Source: the human T2T-CHM13v2.0 reference genome, Homo sapiens. Taken from it: a stretch of 64,000 nt of DNA. The position numbers and the translations under genes were made by a program. Shown piece after piece: positions 1 to 18,470 of this stretch; the stretch's first letter is position 1, and the number at the start of each line of letters is the position of its first letter. The stretch is taken from the NCBI RefSeq assembly GCF_009914755.1, contig NC_060930.1; one strand, written 5' to 3'. The notes under the pieces are model-generated. The model did not search any database. It was not told the DNA's origin and was given only the letters and a program-made list of their open reading frames with translations.

Positions 1-826
1 TGATTCTGTACCTAGAAACCTCCCTAGTCTTGGCCCAAAGCTCCTTCAGCTGATAAACAACTTCAGCCAAGCTTCGGGATACAAAATCAATGTACAAAAA
101 TCACTAGTATTCCTATACAACAACAACAGCCAAGCCGAGAGCCAAATCAGGAGAGCAATCCCATTCACAATTGTCACAAAAAGAATAAAACACCTAGGAA
201 CACAGCTAACCAGGGAGGTGAAAGATCTCTACAATGAGAATTACAAAACACTACTCAAAGAAATCACAGGAGATAGAAACAAACAGAAAAACATCCCACG
301 TTTATGGATATGAAAAATCAACACCATTAAAATGGCCATACTACCAAAAGCAATTTACAGATTTAATGCTATTCCTGTCAAACTACCAATAACATTCTTC
401 ACAGAACTAGAAAAAACTATTTTAAATTCATATGGAACCAAAAAAGAGTCTGAATAGCCCAGGCAATCATAAGCAAAAAGAACAAAGCTGGAGGCATCAC
501 ATTATCCAACCTCAAACTATATTACAGGGATACAGTAACCAAAACAGCAAGGTACTGTACAAAAATAGGCACAAAGACCAATGGAACAGAATGGAGAGCC
601 CATAAATAAGGCCACAAACCTACAACCATATGAACTTTGATAAAGCTGACAAAAACAAGCAATGGGGAAAAGACTCCCTATTCAATAAATGGTGCTGGGA
701 TAACTGGCTAGCCATATGCAGAAGAGTGAAGCTGGACCCTTTCCTTATACCATATACAAAAATCAACTCAAGATGGATTAAAGACTTAAGTGTAAAACCC
801 AAAACTATAAAATCCCTGGAAGACAG
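1..826 (+). mobile_element. LINE-1 ORF2 fragment (primate L1P-type), runs off the left edge and ends abruptly without a 3'UTR
   Basis: Translates to L1 ORF2 motifs ([30 protein letters not shown]...[13 protein letters not shown]), with stops. Confidence 0.92.
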
Positions 827-2564
827 CTTTGAATAAGTATTTACAATGTTCCTTTTACCTCAGCTTTTACAAGAATTTTATCATACATACCTTGAGAGCT
901 TAGAAGGAAGTTATAAGACATAACATTTTAATAGGGCAAAATAGGCCTCTGAAGTTAAGTCCTTATTAGTATAAAATTCCACACATTTCTTCAAGCAATT
1001 TTTAAATTTCATAATTATTTGACTTGGCATGAAAATTCTATCTAAATATGTCAGAAGTTTGAAAAATAATGTTAACATTGTAATGAATCTCACTTTATTG
1101 CAGAGCCTGCCTTTCTCAAATTATAGTAATAATTCTACTATAATGTTTCCTGACACATTCATGAATTCCTTTAACTTACATTTCAGTAGCATCTTAATCT
1201 TTTGAACTTCTTGATGTGGAAATATCTTTTTATCTAATGTCATAATTTGTTGCAACATATTCCAGCAGAGGAAAAAAATCCTTCAATATATGAAATGTCT
1301 CCAATTTAAATATTTCTGCTTTTTTAGGAGGAGGGGGTGTTTTATGATTATATTACCTAATGCCTAGCTTTTTGCCATCTGCCCTGGTCACTAATTTTAA
1401 ATGACAGGTGAATGGCTCACAAACATTTAAGAGATAAAAATGATTTAAAAATCCCTATATGTGCTTCTTTTATTTAAAAAATGCTGCTAAGAATTCATTA
1501 TTATTTATGGTTCATGCACAAATTACAAGGTGAACTGGTCGTACACAACAGAATAATTTGTTTCCTGGGCTAAACATTTCCTGAAGTTGATATGATACTA
1601 GGGGATGACTCCATTGAAAAGTGCATGGCATCTTCAGCATTAAGGCACAACAGAAAGTGGATTAAGGGATGATGCTTTTGGCAGCGTTGATGACACAAAG
1701 GTAAATAGTTTCAGCCGCATTCACTTTGTGGGAATCTGGGTTTTGAGATAAAAGGAATTGTCAGAAAGAAAGGGATTTATATCAACTCTGCAGATTTGCA
1801 TAATCAGAATAATAGCATACCCCACTGTAGTAGAATAAATCCTACTGTAAACAATGAATTTAAGCCCCAACTAAAGACATAGTTTCATCATATTCACACT
1901 GTTCCTGCTTAGGCAAGTGAAAGTCCCCTACTTTTGGACAATCATTGCTATATGCTGGTAAGTCAAATACTGGTATAGTAGATTCTGTGCTAACCCTCTA
2001 CTTTGCTAATAAGAATCATCTGGGTGCGTATTAAAACCACAAGTTTCTAGACTCTGCGCCTGCAGAATATGCTTCTGTAGTGTGTGCTGGGAGGGTGGTG
2101 GATAAAATTTATCTTCCAAATGGTGTGCTGGGGTGACAGGAAATGTCCTGGTTCAACCAGGCTGTATGGGTCTAGGTGTGTATTTTACCAAGAACTCCAT
2201 GTGACTCTTGTGGAGAGGGAATGAGAATCCTCCTGAAGGAGTTAATCTCCCCACTCAGGACCTACAGCACATCTAGGAGGAGTTTCTACTTGAAAGGAGT
2301 CATCTGCTGTGTAATAAGGAAGGGCCTTTCAGGTGCGTGGGCAAATATCCAGGTTTGTCTGAAACTTCAAGAATTCCCAGGACATGGGATTTTTAGTGCT
2401 AAAACTGGGACAAGTTGGTTGCCCTATCATTGGGAACCAGGCAAAGTGGCTTTTCTAGAGACTTGAGAATGGGAGAAGTCAATGAGAAGTTAGAAAGAAA
2501 GCTGGGAATTCTCACAGGAGTGGAATTATTTCTATCCAAAAACACATACAAATTCCTAAGTGAA

Positions 2565-3005
2565 TATATTAGTTCCCTAGGGCTGCCATAACAAACTTCC
2601 ATGAACTGGGTGCCTTAAATTAACAGAAATGTATTCTCTCACAGTCCTGAAGCCTGAAAGTCTAAAATCAAGGTGTTGGCAGAGCCATCTGAGGGCTACG
2701 GGGAGAATACTTCTTTGCCTGTTTCTGGCTTCTAGTAACTGCCAGGCATTTTGGACATTCCTTGGCTGGTAGTTGCATCACTCCAATCTCTGCTCCGTCA
2801 TCACACGGACTTCTTCCCTGTGGGTGTCTGTGTGTCTACAAATCTCTCTCTCCTTTCTCTTATAAAGATATCAGTCATTGCATTTAGGGTGGGCCTAACT
2901 TTAGTATTACTTCAGCTTAGCTAATTACATCTGCAAAGACCCATTTCCAAATAAGGTCACATTCTGAGGTTCTGGAGGACATGAATTTGGGGTCGGGGAC
3001 ACTGG
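2565..3005 (-). mobile_element. MaLR LTR (MLT1 family)
   Basis: Typical MLT1 text: tattagttccctagggctgccataacaaac...ctcacagtcctgaagcctgaaagtctaaaatcaaggtgttggcag...ccaaataaggtcacattctgaggt. Confidence 0.75.
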
Positions 3006-3434
3006 GTATATAAGCTATGTTAATGGGGAGAAAACTATCCTAAAAGATGGTTCATATCGTCCTCTTTGTTTGGAAATCCATTACATAGTGTTCCTATGTA
3101 GGAGATTAGTAAATCTCTAATTTACCCTGTGGTCCACATTTATTAATAACATTCCTGTCCCACAAGCTCAAAATTCTGGAAAGACAAACATCACCACCCC
3201 CACCCCCACCCCACCACCTCTCTTCAGTTGCACTCAAAGACATGGGTAACTGGGAAACAGTGTCACCATCAGAAATGTTAGGATTCTCAGCAACATTGTG
3301 CACTTACAGAGTTTTGCCTTTCAGGACCTTCTGAGTAGGTCCTCAAACATCAACAAAAACATGTATACAGAAGAAAAATGCAACTGGACCATTCCATGTG
3401 TGTTTTTTTGAGTTTGAGAGGTACAAATAAAATG

Positions 3435-3489
3435 TGATATGGTTTGGATATTCGCCCCTCCAAATCTCACGTTGAAATGTGACACCCCA
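3435..3489 (+). mobile_element. MST-type MaLR LTR, 5' piece (continues at 10090)
   Basis: tgatatggtttggat...ccaaatctcacgttgaaatgtga is the MST LTR start. Confidence 0.75.
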
Positions 3490-4630
3490 GAGAGGAAGCG
3501 GAGCAAGATGGCCAGATAGAGGCCTCCACCCATTGTCCTCCCTACAGAAACAACAAATTGAACAACTATCCACACAAAAAAAACCCCTTCATAAGAACCA
3601 AAACTCAGGTGAGTGATCACAGTACCTGGTTTTAACTTCATATCAAGGAAAGAGGCACTGAAGAGGGTAGGAAAGTCAGTCTTGAATTGCCAGCATCACC
3701 CCTGCCGCATTCCCTGGCAGTGGCTACGTGGGGTGGAGAGAGAATCTGTGTGCTTAGAGGAGTGAGAGCGCAGTAGTTTTGGGGCTTTGCAGTGGAACTC
3801 AGTGCTGCCCCGTCACAGTGGAGAGCAACACCAGGAAGAAGTCAGCTGACACCGATGGAGGGTGCCATTTAGACCAGCAGTAGCCAGAGGGCAGTCACCC
3901 ATCCAAGCTGCCAGAACCTGAGTTCCAGCAAGCCTTGTCACCACAGGCTAATGTGCTTTGGAGTCATAAACAAACCTGAAAGGCAGTCTAGGCCAAAAGG
4001 ACTGTCATTTCTGGTCAAGTCTAGCTGCTACGCTGGGCTCGGAGCCAGTGGACTTGGAGGTCATGCAACCTACTGAGACACCAGCAAGGATTATCAAGAC
4101 AGTGCTTACACCACCCCTCCCCAACTCCAGGCAGTGTAGCTTGTAGCTCTGGGAGAGACTCCTTCCTTCCATTTGAGGAGAGGGGACAGTAAAGAGGACC
4201 TTGTCTTGCAACTTGGATACCAGCTCAGCCACAGTAGGATAGGGTGCCAGGCTGACTCATGAGGCCCACATTCCAGGCCCTAGCTCCCGGATGACATTTC
4301 TAGACAAACCCTGGAACCTACTGCCTTGAATGGAAGGACCCAGTGTGGCACAATTCATCATCTGCTGAGTAAAGAGCCCTTGGTCCCTGAATAAGCAGCA
4401 GGGGTAGCCAGGCAGTATTTGCCATGGGCCTTGGGTGAGACTCAGAGCCACGCTAATTTCAGATGTGACCCAGCATGTTCCCAGCTGTGGTGGCTATAGG
4501 GAGAGACTCCTTCTGCCTGAGAAAAGGTGAGGGAAGACTAAAGGGGAATTTCTCTTGCATCTTGGATACCAGCTTGGCCACAGTGGGGTAGAGCACCAAG
4601 CAGGCTCCTGGGGGTCCCCAATTCCAGGCC
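3490..4630 (+). mobile_element. LINE-1 5'UTR region (older primate L1)
   Basis: Begins gagaggaagcggagcaagatggccagatagagg, an L1 5'-end motif (caagatggcc), directly after the TSD. Contains internal repeated L1 UTR blocks. Confidence 0.75.
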
Positions 4631-5016
4631 ACTTTGCTGTTTAGAAATCTCTTCCACCAGATACCCTAGGTCATCACTCTCAAGTTCAAACTTCCACAGA
4701 TCCCTAGGGCATGGACATAAAGCAGCCAAGTTCTTTGCTAAGACATAACAAAAGTGACCTTTACTCCAGTTCCCAGTAAGTTCCTTGTTTCCATCTAAGA
4801 CTTTGGCAGCCTGGACTTCACTGGCCACATCACTATCGGCATTTGGGTCACAACCATTCAACCAGTCTCTAGGAAGTTGGAAACTTTCCCTCATCTTCCT
4901 TTCTTCTTCCGAGCCCTCCAAACTCTTCCAATATCTGCCAGTTACTTAATTCCAAATCTGCTTCCATGTTTTCAGGTATCTTTATAGCAATGCCCCACTC
5001 ATTGGTACCAATTTTC
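4631..5016 (-). mobile_element. MaLR (MST/THE1) internal sequence fragment
   Basis: Minus-strand ORF 4538-4921 resembles MaLR-int (ELTGNWSKGHFCYVLAKNLAALCPCPRDLWKFELESDDLGYLVEEISKQQS). It abuts the LTR via gaaaattggtacca. Confidence 0.85.
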
Positions 5017-5434
5017 TGTATTAAGCCATTCTTGCATTGCTACAAAGAAATACCTGAGACCGGGCAATTTATAAGAAAAGAAGTTTAATTAGCTCACAGT
5101 TCTGCAGGCTGTACAGAAGCATAAGACTAGCTTCTGCTTCTAGGGAGGTCTCTGCAAAGTTACAATCATGGCAGAATGTAAAGCAGGAGCTTGCACATCA
5201 CATGGTGAAAGCAAGTGCAAGAGAGAGACTGGGAAGGTGCCACACACTTTTAAACGACCAGATCTCATGAGAACTCACTCACTATCATGAGAACAGCACC
5301 AAGAAGATGGTGATAAACCATTCATGAGAAATCCATCCCCATGACCCAATCACCTTTCACCAGGTCCCACCTCCAACACTGAGGATTACAATTCAACAAG
5401 AGATTTGGTGGGGACACAGATCCAAACAATATCA
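5017..5434 (-). mobile_element. MST LTR (complete)
   Basis: tgtattaagccattcttgcattgctacaaagaaatacctgagac ... gggacacagatccaaacaatatca. Confidence 0.88.
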
Positions 5435-10089
<4,655 letters not shown>

Positions 10090-10465
10090 GAAATGTGGTC
10101 CCCAATGTTGGAGGTGGGGCCTGGTGGGAGGTGTTTTTGTCGTTGGGGTGGATCCCTCATGAATGGCTTGGTGCGCACCTCACAGGAGTGAGTCAGTTCT
10201 CACTCTATTAGTTCGTGCAAGAGCTGGTTGTTTAAAAGAGCCTGGCACTTCCTCCTCTCTCTTTTGTTCCCCATCTCGCCATGTGACATGCATGCTCCCC
10301 CTTTGCCTTCTGTCATGATTGGAAGCTTCCTAAGGCCTCACCAGGAGCAGGTGCTGGTGCCATGCTTGCACAGCCTGCAAAACCATGGGCCAAGTAAACC
10401 TCTTTTCTTTATGAATTACCCAGCCTCAGGTATTCCTCTGTGGGAACACAAAATGGACCAATACA
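10090..10465 (+). mobile_element. MST-type LTR, 3' piece (continuation of 3435-3489)
   Basis: ccccaatgttggaggtggggcctggtgggaggtg ... aaatggaccaataca. 5-bp LTR TSD aaatg/gaatg. Confidence 0.85.
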
Positions 10466-11919
10466 GAATGGAAGTAATATTTATTACGGATTTAACTCAC
10501 TAAGTACTTCCCATGTACTACTTCATGTAATCATCACAATAACTCTGTGAAATAGGCATTATTAGACCCAGTTTCTTATTGATTTCTTTTCTCCAGATTG
10601 TTTTCACAGAAGAAGGGTCTCAGTTCTCATGAATGCATTTACTGCCAAGACTCTCTCAGAGAGCAGAGATTGGTTACTATTAGCTCAAGTGCTTTATCTC
10701 AGGAGGGCAAAGGTTAGTAAAAGCACAGGAATGGAGGTATTTGTTGGTCTTGTTTCCCTGGCAGGTAACATAGTGGTCTGCCTTTCTTTGTTCAAACCAC
10801 CATATTCTCAGCACAGGCCTTAGTGAGGCTGTCCATTCTTCTCCCAACCTGGGTCACAAAGAGTCTTTAAACAAGCCGCCACCCCAGCACTCAAACCTGC
10901 CCACCCATCCCACAGTGGACACCTGCTCTCCTTTCCCCAGCTCCCAACTGACTGGAGCATAAACTGTTGGTCAAGGCCTCCCCTACACAGCTTGATGCCA
11001 AAGCCCTCACTACCTAATACAGAGTAGTGGAGGAAGGGAGCCCAAGGTTCAGGGAACCTCATAAACATGGGAGTCCTATATTTTGGGAGGCAGGAACAAA
11101 TAGCCCTTAACAGGGAGTCCCTGGAGAACAAGATCCAGGAATTTGCTGGGGGCATCCCCAGGCCATCTATGGGGATTCAGAGACAGAAGTCGGAGGCACA
11201 GAGTCTGTGACCAGAGATGTGAGAAGATGAGGTGTAAGGGCCAGAAAAGGAGAAAGGTCAGTGGAGAAAGGAGTGAGAGGGAAGTGCAGGAAGGTACCTC
11301 TGCAAGCTTAGAGAGAGGCGACGCTCGTCTCAATAGCCTTGGGTCTTTGCATAACATTGCGCTTTATAGTTTACTGAATGACTAGGATACAGTTTCTTTC
11401 AACCTATCAATCAGTACATCGGCACTTTATTCAAGATTGTAAAAGATACTTTCTTTAATGTGTGGAATGAAAATGTTCACTAAATCACAGTTGATTTAAC
11501 TTTATATAAAGACATTATAATAGCTCATTTTGACATATTTTTATGTGAGTCACGGGATAAACAGATCAAGTCTGAGGACTTTCTAAACATTTTTTGTAGA
11601 TATGAACTAAGCCATGGTTTTCAGAATTGAATTTGTAAAGACTTTTGTTAAAATAATTTCAAAACATACATGAGAAATATACATGTAACTTCATAAAGGC
11701 TTTTCTGTCTTTTATGTGGCAATAACATTCCTTTCCCAAATATTTTTTGAAGAAAGGACAACTGCACAAAGGAGAGTTCGTATAAACTTTGGGCCTGTGT
11801 GTATTCAGCTTCGGAGAGATGACAATAATGAAGCTTGCCTGGGTAAAAACACTGATTCAGAAAGTGAGGATACCTGGGTTCTCACCCCAACTCTCATGTA
11901 ACTAATCATGTAAACATGA

Positions 11920-12282
<363 letters not shown>

Positions 12283-13804
12283 AGTTCATCATTTTCAAAG
12301 TGTGCCTCCTTGCCCCCAAATTCCAGCTGAACCTCCCTTTGGACTTTTCTCACTCATTCTCCCTGGAATCCCTTTCTGAGTTGGGAAATAATTGAGCAAT
12401 GGATGCTGGAGTCTGACAGATGGAGAGTGAAATATGGGCTTGATTACTGATGATGATGGAAGGTGAGTTGGTGAAGGTAGCTCACGTGAGCTGCAGCAAT
12501 GGGCCCCCTTGATATCTATCACCTGGGTCACTGACCCAGCTGGATACCTTGGGCCTTCCCACAAGTTCTTAACATATGAAGGGACAGAGAATGGATGTGT
12601 CCTGCAGAGGGACTGACTCCAAAAGGAACAGAAGCCCATAAAGGGCTGAGCCAAAACACCAAGTCCCTTTTTCTACATATACTAACCACCACTTAGGTCC
12701 TCCTCTTGCCACAGGGAGGAGGGAGGAAGTAGAGAAGATAGGCGGGTTCCACCCATGTTTCTCCCTTCTAGAAAGTGGGGTAAAAATTTCCTCTCCTTTC
12801 TGATAACACAAGGAGGTGAGAATACATGTTTTTTGTCTCCTGCAATGTATTCATTCAACAAATATTTATAAGACACCTCCTTTGTGCCAGGTGCTGGGAT
12901 AGACAGTAGAGATATAGGAAGGCAAAACAAATACGAGCTGTTCTTGCAAGGAGCTTGCAATCTGCTGAAGGAGAAATGTAATTATGAAAAGAAATACTTA
13001 ATTGCAAACTGTAATCCATACTAGGAAGGAAAAGCTCAAGGTGGTCTGAGAGAGAATAACACGAGAACATGATTATATGGGTGTGTCAGGTAAACTTCTT
13101 TAGAAAGTGATAGTTAACCTCAAATGGGAAGAGTGTTGGGAGTGTATGTGTATGAAAATCTTTGAGGCTAGGAAAAACTAGAAGGGGATTGTGCAGCCTA
13201 AGCAGAGAGACAGGGGCGATGAGCGACCCAAGATGAAAAGAATTAGGCAGGAGCCAAATCAACAGGACTTGTAGGTTATGTTCAGGAGTTGGGACTTCAC
13301 CCTAAGTATAATGGAAAGCAACAGAAGGGTGTTAAGCACGATAGCAAGGGATAAGTGATAGACTCTGTGCTAATGAGAAGATCCTACAATGTAGCATCCA
13401 AACTAGCTCTGTTCCTCTCCATCAGCCTTCATCTCTGTTCTGATTTTGTCATATAAATGGAGCTGAGTCCACAGATTGAACTTAGAGGATACCAAGAAGT
13501 GGGAAAAATCATGAAGCCGGACTCATTATTATAGGGCCTAGTTTTCATTAGTTGCTTGACCATTGTTTGACGTCAATCTGGAGGAACATGTTTATGACAT
13601 GCCACAGGCTTTGCCTTGTTAATATTTTATTCATTAAAATCTATGGTTGACATAAAGCTTAGAAAGAACAAGTGTATCAAATGACAAAATTTATTCAAAA
13701 TTATGTCAAAATAAAGAAACTCTCAGTTAAAATCTACTGGATATAATGCCAGAGAGAAATTAAAATCCATCTATTTATTATCCAAATGAGTTACAACACC
13801 CACG

Positions 13805-14520
13805 GAAGTGACAGACGACCCATAGAATGGAAGAAAATATTTGCAACTCATATTTGATAGCATACTTTTATCTAAAATATAAAAAGAACTCTTACAACTC
13901 AATAATAAGCAGGCAAATGCCCAATATTAAAAATGGCAAAGGCTCTGAATAGACATTTCTCCAAAGAAGACATACAAATGGCCAATAAGCACATGACGAA
14001 ATGTTCAACATCTTTAATTATTAGGGAAATCAAGTCAAAACCACAATATGATACCATTCTATACCACTAGGATTACTATAATAAAGAGACAGATAAGAAA
14101 TGCTGATGAGGATGTAGAGAAATTGGATCCCTCATATACTGCTTAGGAATGTGAAATGATGCACCACTTAGGAAAACAGTCTGGTAGTTCCTTAAAAGGC
14201 TAAACATAGTTACCATATGACCCAGCACTTCCATATCTAGTTATACACCTAAGACATATAAAAACAAAAACTTGTATGCTTACATTTATAGCAACATTAT
14301 CCAAAGTAGCCAAAAAGTGGAAATAACTCAAATGTCTATCAACTGATAATAGATAAATAAAATTTAGTATATCCTGACAATGGCATATTATTTTGTCATA
14401 AAAAGGAATGGAGTACTGAGACATGCTACAACATGAATGGACCTTTAAAACATTCTGCTAGATAAAAGAAATCTGTCACAAAAGACTATATATTGTATGA
14501 TTCCTTTAGGAGAAATGTGG
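13805..14520 (+). mobile_element. Old L1M 3' region
   Basis: atagacatttctccaaagaagacatacaaatggccaataagcacatga... resembles the L1 3' end. Confidence 0.8.
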
Positions 14521-14534
14521 ACAGGCATCATCAT

Positions 14535-14680
14535 TTGTCCACATTGATGAGGGCAGATCTTCTCTACCCCATCTACTGATTCAAACACTAATCTCTTCTG
14601 GAAACATCTGCACAGACACCCAAAAATAATGTTTTACCAGCTATCTGGGCATTCCTTAACCCAGTCAAGTTGACATAGAC
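14535..14680 (-). mobile_element. MLT2 (ERVL) LTR fragment
   Basis: gattcaaacactaatctcttctggaaacatctgcacagacacc...ccagtcaagttgaca. Confidence 0.6.
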
Positions 14681-15686
14681 CAACACAAATATAGTTCATT
14701 GATATTTGGCAAAGGTATCAAGGCCATTCAGTGGAGAAAAAGACAGTCTTTTTAACAATGATGCAGGAATAAAGGAAAGGAAAAAGGATTGACTGCCTAG
14801 GGGCATGAGAGAACTTTTTCAGCAATTGATCTATTCCATATTTTGATCGTGGTCATGACTACTGACTATATATACTTGCCAGAACTCAATGTACAATTAA
14901 ATCAGTGAATTTTGTTATATGCAAATTTTACCTCAATAAAGTCAATTTAAAATTTAAAAAAAATAATTATATCAGGTCACAGTGGAGGAGGCTTTATTTG
15001 GGAATAGTTTCTGTGGAAGAAGATTTCTGAATGAGTGTTAATTTACCATACTTAATATGGGCTTACAATATGACATGCTTATTTTAAAAGGTGATAAAAC
15101 TTCAGGCAATATTAATTTTACAAACAGTATAATAGCCTGTCTTTTCTCTTACTAATCAACCCATATCTGGAGTGCTGTGGGTCTTTTATAAAGAGGGACA
15201 TTCATGACTAAAGAACATCAGAGTAGGAGAAACTGGATGTGTTTCGATCTTCAACCCCCACTGAATTAAGACAATTTAGGGAGCTGAGGGGATTTGTTGA
15301 ATCATGAAATAAATCTGCAGGGGAAAATTTTAATTATCTTAAAGAACTCATAATTCATTAAGTATTTAAGTCCCTGCCATCCTGCAGGCATTATCCTAGG
15401 CATTAATCTTATGATGAATAAACAGAAGAAATTTTTGCTGTTATATGGAGACAGATTTTGGTTCAATAAAAAGAAGAACATTCTAACAATTATAGTTGCA
15501 AAAAAAAAATGAGTCTTTGCAAAAGAAGTAGGGCATCTCCATCTGTGTGACTAAAGACTGCATTCCCAGTCACCAGGGATAAGAGTGGTTTCTGCTGTGT
15601 TGGAAGACAGGTTACCTCTGAATTTCCTTTCCAAATTAGGTTCAGATGGAGTTGTGTGAAACAAAAAATATTTAATATAGATTTGA

Positions 15687-15988
15687 GTCCAGGCACAGTG
15701 GTTCACGTCTCTAATCCCAGCACTTTGGGAGGCCGAGGTGGGTGGATCACTTGAGGTCAGGAGTTTGAGACCAACCTGGCCAACATGGTGAAACCCCATC
15801 TCTACTAAAAATACAAAAATTAGCTGGGCGTGGTGGCACATGCCTGTAGTCCCAGCTACTCAGGAGGCTGAGGCACGACAATCACTTGAACCTGGGAGGC
15901 AGAGGTTGCAGTGAGCCAAGACTGTACCACTGCACTCCAGCCTGGGCAACAGAGAGAGACTCTGCCTCAAAAAAAAAAAAAAAAAAAA
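15687..15988 (+). mobile_element. Alu (AluSx-like)
   Basis: Full sense Alu with A-tail, TSD atagatttga. Confidence 0.94.
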
Positions 15989-18169
15989 GATAGATAGATA
16001 GATTTGATAAAAAGGAAAGATTTGACATTTTTAGTTTTATTTTTGTATTAAAAATATGTGCTTTTCTGATTATGAATATAAAGCACATGCATTATATTTC
16101 AAATGGTTAAGTTGCATAGAAGGAAGTAAAAAAAATTCATAATCTCGCCACCCAGAGATGAGCATCATTAACATTTTGTTACTCTCCTTCCAGATTTTTC
16201 CTATGTATCTATACACCATAGAGAGTGGAACATGCACATATTTTTCCCAAAATGTCATTGTATCGTACAGTCTCTTTTTACATGGCTTTCTCTCTCTTAA
16301 AATGTATTATGGGGATCTTTCTATATCAACAGAGACAGATTGACATTACTTAAATTGAATAACATGTTGTGTGGAGGTACTATGATTTGTTTAGTCAGTT
16401 TTCTGTTAATGAACATTGAACATTTTTGGATGCTTCCAAAATTATTTGGTTTGGCTATATTCCTGAGAGAGAGAGAAAGAGAGAACACACAAATTGCCTT
16501 CCAGAAAGAAAGATTGTTATTAATTTTGTTAATCTTTTACTATCTGAAAGGAGGAAAATTTGTTATAATTTGTATTTTTTTTTGATTACTAGGAGCTTAC
16601 ACTCTAGTGAGGGAGACAGACATTAATCAAAGGTCACAGATAAATATAAATATAAATTTACAACTGTAATAAGTGTTATGACAGTGAGTCAATGCAATGA
16701 GTATATAAGCAGAGATTGACATGATAAATTAGTTGGGATCTTAAGAAGTCAGGGAAAACTTCCCCGTTATAATGATGACTGAGTGATGTAGTCATCAGCT
16801 AATCAAGGGAGCACAGATGAGAGCTAGAGCAGGCATACAGAGAATTTCAGAAAGAGGAAATAGCAGGTGCAAAGGCACTGTGTATGTTCTAGGAACAGAA
16901 AGAAAGCCAACATGGATGGTAAGTGACAAGCCAGGGCCAGCACAGTGCTGCGATGGAGCTGGAGAGGGAGGAGTCACCACATCACTCAGGATCTTATCGT
17001 TCATGTTAAGTTCATATTCATATATTCCACTGGCCATATCTGTTGAAGGATTCTGATCTTCATCTGCAGAACGATGGAAGTCATTAAAATATTTTAAGCA
17101 AGAGAGTCACATAATAAAATTTACATTTTGAAAAAAATCACCTGGTTTCAGGTTGGAAAATGTTTAAGTTGGGGGCAGGGTGGACGTGGGTAGCCTCCTT
17201 CCAAGGCTACCACAGCATCTAGGAGAAAGATGGTGCTGGCTTAGATCAAGGTGGTGTCAGCGAAGCTAAAAAGAGAATGGATTTGCGAGCCCTATGGAGA
17301 CAAGACTTGGAGAAATGTTGGGTACTAGGGGCAAGGAAGACTTCGAGGTTCCTGGCTGTAGGGCTGGTATTGGTACAATCCTAGGGTATTCCCGAAGAGG
17401 ACCACTTTTAGGAGAATGATGTGTTCAGCTTTGATCATGAAACTTAAACACTTTTCGTTATTGGTCATTTGTATTTCTTATATGTACCGCCTATTGTGCA
17501 ATTTCCTTTGGCATTGCTCTTTTCCTCTCATAAAACACCCCATTACTAGGGATAATAAACCATTTTCATATATGTTGCAAATGTTTTTCTCAATTTGTCA
17601 TTTCCTTTTTTGGTTATTTGCTGTTAATTTTATTATTTTCTGTAGAAGAGTTGATATTTTATGAAATCTAAATATTATAAATTTGTGTTTTGCCTTTTAA
17701 TTTTTGAAATTAAGCTATGGACATCACGGAAAATTTAATTTTAATTACCAATCAATCAGAGTTTTCACCCCAAGATTCATATTTTAATCATCCTCTTTGT
17801 ATAGATAGAAAAAAAGAGCTCACCTAAATGAAGATACGAATAACTTTGTATAAGATGTTCTAGAAATTGAATTTTTATGACAAATGTCAACATTGTCATT
17901 TCTTCATGTGGTATTTAATATATATGGATCACTTCAGAATGAAAAATTTAAAACTCTTCTAGTCTTCCAAATCAGGCACTTACTAAATTCTTTAGAGTCT
18001 TAGTATCTGCTCTACAGCCCCTGTCAAATACTGATATTTGAGAGAAGTGGTGTATATTCCATAGGTGATTCTGAAGGTCATATATGCCTTTTCATCTTTG
18101 CAACTCTAAGGCTTAACACGGTACCTGTTGAATGAATTAACAAAACATTTTCAATTAAAATACTTAGAA

Positions 18170-18470
18170 GTCTAGGTACACTGGCTCACATCTGTAATCC
18201 CAGCACTTTGGGAGGCAGGAGGATTGCTTGAGCCCCAGAGTTCAAGACTAGCTTGGGCAACATAGTGAGATCTCGTCTCTACAAAAAATATATAAAATTA
18301 GCCAGGAATGATGGCACGTGCCTGTAGCTCTAAGTGCTTGGGAGGCTGAGTTGGGAGGATCACTTGAGCCCCAGGAGGCTGAGGCTGCAGTGAGTCAAGA
18401 TCAGGCTACTGCACTCCATCCTAGGTGACAAAGTGAGACCCTGTCTCAAAATAAAATAAAATAATAAAAT
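18170..18470 (+). mobile_element. AluJ
   Basis: ggaggattgcttgagccc / aggctgcagtgag diagnostics. Confidence 0.88.

Noticed and set aside
3191-3218. C-rich tract (minus-strand G4 candidate)
   Set aside because: A short simple repeat far from any promoter, with nothing else supporting function.
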